Virus record (IMG/VR): IMGVR_UViG_3300031996_000011
Span: 1 to 29,715 of that record
Direction: 5' to 3' (one strand)
Origin: a virus
Lineage: Duplodnaviria > Caudoviricetes
DNA: 29,715 bases
In this document: positions 25,862 through 29,715 of the stretch, one piece after another
Position numbering within the stretch: position 1 is the stretch's first letter
How the letters are laid out: each line of letters starts with the position of its first letter
Made by a program: the position numbers and the translations under genes
The notes under the pieces: generated by a model
What the model saw: the letters and a program-made list of their open reading frames with translations, nothing else
Databases searched by the model: none
What the model was told of the DNA's origin: nothing

Positions 25862-27012
25862 TGGCTACCGCACCTCCCGCACTAGCTGAAGCCGCAATCA
25901 TTGGCCCCATTTCTGAGCTTATCCGTCGCATCGAGATCTATGAATCTGACGGAACAACTCACTGGACTGGAGGCGTAGGCGAGGCTGGCGACGACAGGCT
26001 CATCGACGGCTCGGTGAGTGTTGACTACTCTCGTGACGAGCGCAGATCGTTTGAGCTTACTCTGGATAATACTGACGGCGGGATCATCCACGACCCTGCA
26101 GGCTTCTGGTATGACAAGATCATCAAGATCTACCACGGAGTATCCTACACTGACTACACCACCTTGCCTGGGGTAGACAAGACGTGGGAGACGCAGGTCG
26201 GCGAGTTCATGATCGACTCTATCGCGGAGGACTATTTCCCTCGTCAGGTCAAGGTTGCGGGACGTGATTATACCAAGAAGTGCATACTTTCGTTGTTCAC
26301 TCAGGCGACAAACTTCACGGCGACCAGCACCATTGAGAACGTCATTAAGGGCATGGCCGGTAATGCTGGAATCACGAAGTACAACGTTCCGCTTACTGGA
26401 AAGACGCTTGGCATAGATTACTTCTTCGAGCGTGGAACCTCGCGCTGGGAGGCGATGAAGAAGATTGCCGAGGCCTTCGGCTACGAGCTGTTCTTTGACT
26501 CCACCGGCTACCTGACGATGCGTAACTTCCAAGACCCGATCACTGCGCCGGTCGCCTACGTTCTGCAGACTGGATCGTTCGGTAACCTCGTCACCTTCTC
26601 CAAGTCGATGAGTGACGCTTCGATCTACAACCACGTCGTTATCACTGGAGAGTCTAGCGACTCTACGGTAGCTCCGGTTATGGCTGAGGCGATCAACACG
26701 ACAGCCACTTCGCCGACACGAGTAGCTAAGCTTGGCGATCGAGTTTTCCAGTACTCCTCGAGCTTTATCACCACGGTAGCTCAGGCTCAAGAGTTGGCAA
26801 ATAGTTGGCTCAAGATCTACGCGATGGAAGAGTACAATGTTGACTTCTCCTCCATCGTTCTCGCGTGGCTGGAGGCTGGAACGATTGTGCAGGTGCTCGA
26901 CCCAAATCCTGCGCCTGGTCAGCCTGACAAGTTCTTGCTGACCAACTTTACTATCCCGCTAGGACTTGGTCCCATGTCTGGAAACGCAAAGCGTGTGACG
27001 GTGGTAGGCTAA
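25861..27012 (+). CDS. Minor tail protein (baseplate hub-like)
   Basis: GSVSVD....RRS..LTL, RWEAM..IAEA.G.ELFFD..G, YNHVVITGE motifs; synteny. Confidence 0.8.
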   Translation: MATAPPALAEAAIIGPISELIRRIEIYESDGTTHWTGGVGEAGDDRLIDGSVSVDYSRDERRSFELTLDNTDGGIIHDPAGFWYDKIIKIYHGVSYTDYTTLPGVDKTWETQVGEFMIDSIAEDYFPRQVKVAGRDYTKKCILSLFTQATNFTATSTIENVIKGMAGNAGITKYNVPLTGKTLGIDYFFERGTSRWEAMKKIAEAFGYELFFDSTGYLTMRNFQDPITAPVAYVLQTGSFGNLVTFSKSMSDASIYNHVVITGESSDSTVAPVMAEAINTTATSPTRVAKLGDRVFQYSSSFITTVAQAQELANSWLKIYAMEEYNVDFSSIVLAWLEAGTIVQVLDPNPAPGQPDKFLLTNFTIPLGLGPMSGNAKRVTVVG

Positions 27013-28073
27013 TGGCTGACTTCACAGACTTCAATACCGCTCTCCAGTTCCGTGACGTACTGCAACAGATGGTGCAGGCAGAGGTAGACAAGCAGCGGCC
27101 ACGCTACCAGTACGCAACCGTCACGGCTATCGACCGGACCACTCGGCGCTGCAGTGTTCAGTTCCCCGGTGAGACTCAGAGTGTCTCGGTCAACATGGGC
27201 TCCGTCCAGCCAAAGAGCACTGGGCAGGTTGTCCGTATTGGCGGACTGCTCGGCGACCGCTTCATTGAAGACGTGATGGGCGAGCCATACTTTGAGCCGC
27301 CGTCCGTCTCGGTAGACTTCAACATGCAGTCTCTGAACAACGTTGGCACTTTCAACGTGGGCCAGCTGAACAACACAGCACAGAAGGTAGTCTACTGGCG
27401 CAAGCTCACGCCCGACGGCGTCAACAACTACGAGGCGCTGCAGTATCTGACCGGAGGCACTGCGTCCAGCACGCTCGACACTGTACTGCGTCAGATTCCT
27501 GTTAGCACTGGCGTTTCTACTGAGCTCGGTCGCTATGGCTTGGCGGCTGACGGTTGGTTCACTTCCACCAAGGGCATTCGTCTTGGTGCTTCCGCTCCAC
27601 TCGATGTTGCCAAGATAGGTCTTGGTGGTGGAGCCAATCACGGAACGAATTACTCCCAGCGCTACCAGACCTCTACTTGGAATGCTGGTACTGGCGTATG
27701 GACTGACCATCCATTCAACTCAGCAGGCACCACGGCAGATATTCAAGACGACGGTACGATCTATGCAGCTCCGCTATTCCAGTCTCAGGCTGTCGGCATG
27801 TACTTGATGACTGTATCGACCACGTTTGGCACGAATGCTGGTGGCTACAGATCTGTCCGTATCATCACTGAAGGTGGCACTGTTCTTGCGCGAGATGGTT
27901 TTGATGCTGCATCGACTCCGTTCCGCGATTGTTTCGTGGCTGCGCTCGTAACTCTTCCCGGCGCAGGATACGGACTTAAAGCACAGGTGTACCAGAGCTC
28001 TGGAACTACCATGGCAATGCCAGTCCATGCCGGAACTACACCTTGTTCTGCTTCATTTGTCCAAATTGCTTAG
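27012..28073 (+). CDS. Minor tail protein (tail tip/receptor-binding candidate)
   Basis: N-terminal ATVTAID....VQFPG OB-fold-like segment; C-terminal beta sandwich (GMYLMTVS..F....GYRSVRI...QVYQSSG). Confidence 0.7.
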   Translation: MADFTDFNTALQFRDVLQQMVQAEVDKQRPRYQYATVTAIDRTTRRCSVQFPGETQSVSVNMGSVQPKSTGQVVRIGGLLGDRFIEDVMGEPYFEPPSVSVDFNMQSLNNVGTFNVGQLNNTAQKVVYWRKLTPDGVNNYEALQYLTGGTASSTLDTVLRQIPVSTGVSTELGRYGLAADGWFTSTKGIRLGASAPLDVAKIGLGGGANHGTNYSQRYQTSTWNAGTGVWTDHPFNSAGTTADIQDDGTIYAAPLFQSQAVGMYLMTVSTTFGTNAGGYRSVRIITEGGTVLARDGFDAASTPFRDCFVAALVTLPGAGYGLKAQVYQSSGTTMAMPVHAGTTPCSASFVQIA

Positions 28074-28083
28074 TGGGTCATGC

Positions 28084-28111
28084 TTGACCCTTGGCTGACG
28101 CCAGATACACT
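28084..28111 (+). promoter_or_regulatory. Putative promoter for the lysis cassette
   Basis: TTGACC - N16 - TACACT, preceded by CATGC. Confidence 0.45.
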
Positions 28112-28141
28112 GATGCTTCCCGACGGACACAGGAGGTCCAA

Positions 28142-28621
28142 ATGGAAGCTCAAGTGCCCTATCAGGCTGTTGACACTGTCCTGATAGCGACCATCGTCTC
28201 TATGTTCATCCCTCTCGGGGTGAACTTCGTTACGAAGTATACTGCATCTGACGGACTCAAGGCAGTCATCAACATCGTTGGCGTCTGCTTGATCTCAGTC
28301 GTTACGCTCTGGATCAATCCTTCCGATGTGCCGATCACTTGGCAGCTTTGTCTCAATACTTTCTTGGCCAGTTTCGCAACCAGCTTCGTCGCCTACAAGG
28401 GACTCTGGAAGCCTACCGGAGTCTCTGGAACCATTGCAGCGAAGACTGCTGACTTCGGAATAGGATCGCCTCCCACTATGCAGACTTCTGACAAGGGCGC
28501 AGAGGACAGTAACCTCACGCCCGCTCCCCAGCCTGTTGACGCGCATCCTGATAGCGCGAACCTCAATGAGGGCGACGTGCAGACCATCATCGCTGAGCAG
28601 CCGAACGAGGCTGATGAGTGA
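28142..28621 (+). CDS. Holin
   Basis: Three hydrophobic segments ending AYKGLWKPTG; AGGAGG SD before the ATG at 28142; adjacent to the endolysin. Confidence 0.8.
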   Translation: MEAQVPYQAVDTVLIATIVSMFIPLGVNFVTKYTASDGLKAVINIVGVCLISVVTLWINPSDVPITWQLCLNTFLASFATSFVAYKGLWKPTGVSGTIAAKTADFGIGSPPTMQTSDKGAEDSNLTPAPQPVDAHPDSANLNEGDVQTIIAEQPNEADE

Positions 28622-29202
28622 TGGCGCTCCTTTCGAGCAGCCAGCGAGCTGCCTACCTTCGAGCTCTCGGATTCCGAGGAGCTTCCCAGATCAGGAACTT
28701 TCAGAGGGGATGGAACCTTGGGCCTTCGCTTGCGGTGGATGGAATATACGGGCCAGCCACAGATGCAGCGCTCCGACAGTCGTACGCGAATCTTAGGGCG
28801 GGTCGTCCCACGGCGTCGGCGCACTTCTCCTTCTCGGAGTTCCGATGCCAGTGTGGAGGAACGCTCACAGGATGCCAAGGAGTCCTGATTCACCGGACCC
28901 ACATCAGGCGGCTCGAGGCGTATCGCTCCCGCGTTGGCGCTGGAGTCTCTATTGTGTCGGGCTACCGTTGTCCGCTCCACAACAAGAGGATCGGTGGAGC
29001 GTCGTCTAGCCAGCACATGTTCGGAGTTGCGACCGACATTCGAGGCCCGAAGCTTTCCACGGTGCGCAGCTACCAGCTCTTTGCTGGTATCGGGTATTCG
29101 CGCTCCAGCGGCAGGGTCCTGCACGTTGACTCGCGAGACGTTGGAGGCTACAACGTTACTCACGGAAGGCCGTCCGCTCCCACGATCTGGGAGTATGCCT
29201 GA
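28618..29202 (+). CDS. Endolysin: peptidoglycan-binding domain + peptidase M15A
   Basis: FQRG..L.VDGIYGPAT (PG-binding) and HFSFSEFRC.C, SGYRC..HN..IGGA..SQH..G.ATD, LHVD.R (M15A Zn peptidase). Confidence 0.92.
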   Translation: MMALLSSSQRAAYLRALGFRGASQIRNFQRGWNLGPSLAVDGIYGPATDAALRQSYANLRAGRPTASAHFSFSEFRCQCGGTLTGCQGVLIHRTHIRRLEAYRSRVGAGVSIVSGYRCPLHNKRIGGASSSQHMFGVATDIRGPKLSTVRSYQLFAGIGYSRSSGRVLHVDSRDVGGYNVTHGRPSAPTIWEYA

Positions 29203-29675
29203 TGGTACAGGTAAAAGGATCTGCCGATCCGCAGCCTATTCAGGTTACTGTTGACCCGCCTCCCATGGCAGTTGATGTTGACGTGGACATGACTGATTTG
29301 CGTACGCTGCTGCTCATGGCTGGGTGGACTGCGGACAAGATCGACGTGGCCCAGGCTGTAGCGCAGGCTGAGTCACAGTGCTTCACAGATGCGGTGGGAG
29401 ACGTTACTCTTATCGACGCAAAGTGGGGACCGTCCATTGGACTGTTCCAGGTCCGATCGCTTCGGTCCCCACAGTCGTTCGGCGGAGCAGACGGCTGGCG
29501 TTACGCCTTCCCGTTGCGTCAGCCGTTCTACAATGCTCAGGCCGCACTGGCTATTACTAACGGTGGTGACTGGTCTAAGTGGGCGACTTTTGTTTCAGGC
29601 GCATACAAGCAGTATCTCGGCCAGAGTCCGAAACTTAAGACTGGTCACGCGCAGGCGGCAGACTGGTGGAGATAA
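29202..29675 (+). CDS. Lysozyme-like lytic transglycosylase (actinobacterial SLT-like)
   Basis: A.AVA.AES catalytic Glu, WGPSIGLFQVRSL, P..NA.AA..I..GG.DWS.W motifs. Confidence 0.85.
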   Translation: MVQVKGSADPQPIQVTVDPPPMAVDVDVDMTDLRTLLLMAGWTADKIDVAQAVAQAESQCFTDAVGDVTLIDAKWGPSIGLFQVRSLRSPQSFGGADGWRYAFPLRQPFYNAQAALAITNGGDWSKWATFVSGAYKQYLGQSPKLKTGHAQAADWWR

Positions 29676-29715
29676 CTGGAGATCCTTTATGTGCAGCAGT
29701 GAGCTTAGACTGAAT

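Noticed and set aside
28091-28141. TTG start for the holin
   Set aside because: It overlaps the promoter match; the ATG at 28142 has a strong AGGAGG SD.
1-29715. tRNA genes, integrase/att sites, IS elements, inteins
   Set aside because: None recognisable by eye; the intergenic gaps are short and explained by hairpins or promoters. A covariance-model search was not run.

Overview
This window is part of a tailed (siphovirus-like) phage genome, most likely infecting an actinobacterium (moderately high GC, actinobacterial-type lytic transglycosylases, GGGGGAA tail-chaperone frameshift, leaderless-type promoter). Left to right it holds: the 3' end of a 20-aa-repeat virion fibre gene (+); a leftward replication operon (TOTE-type AEP primase, CHC2-Zn-finger/DUF3987-like helicase, HTH protein); a ~330-bp divergent control region; and a long rightward packaging, head, tail and lysis operon (TGT-fold/Cys-cluster/TerS-like protein, HNH, TerL, portal, Com-like Zn ribbon, ClpP protease-scaffold, decoration protein, major capsid, neck genes, tail tube, frameshifted chaperones, tape measure, three minor tail proteins, holin, M15A endolysin, SLT-like hydrolase). 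The strongest novel candidate is in the control region: a predicted ~70-nt small RNA with its own promoter and terminator hairpin, whose first 24 nt are complementary (one G:U pair) to two separate sites in the predicted primase-operon leader, next to the ribosome-binding site. Other notable items are a probable non-canonical ATC start for the tape measure gene and a degenerate TGT/DpdA-like domain apparently fused to a terminase-small-like region. All family calls come from motif recognition by eye; no searches were run.
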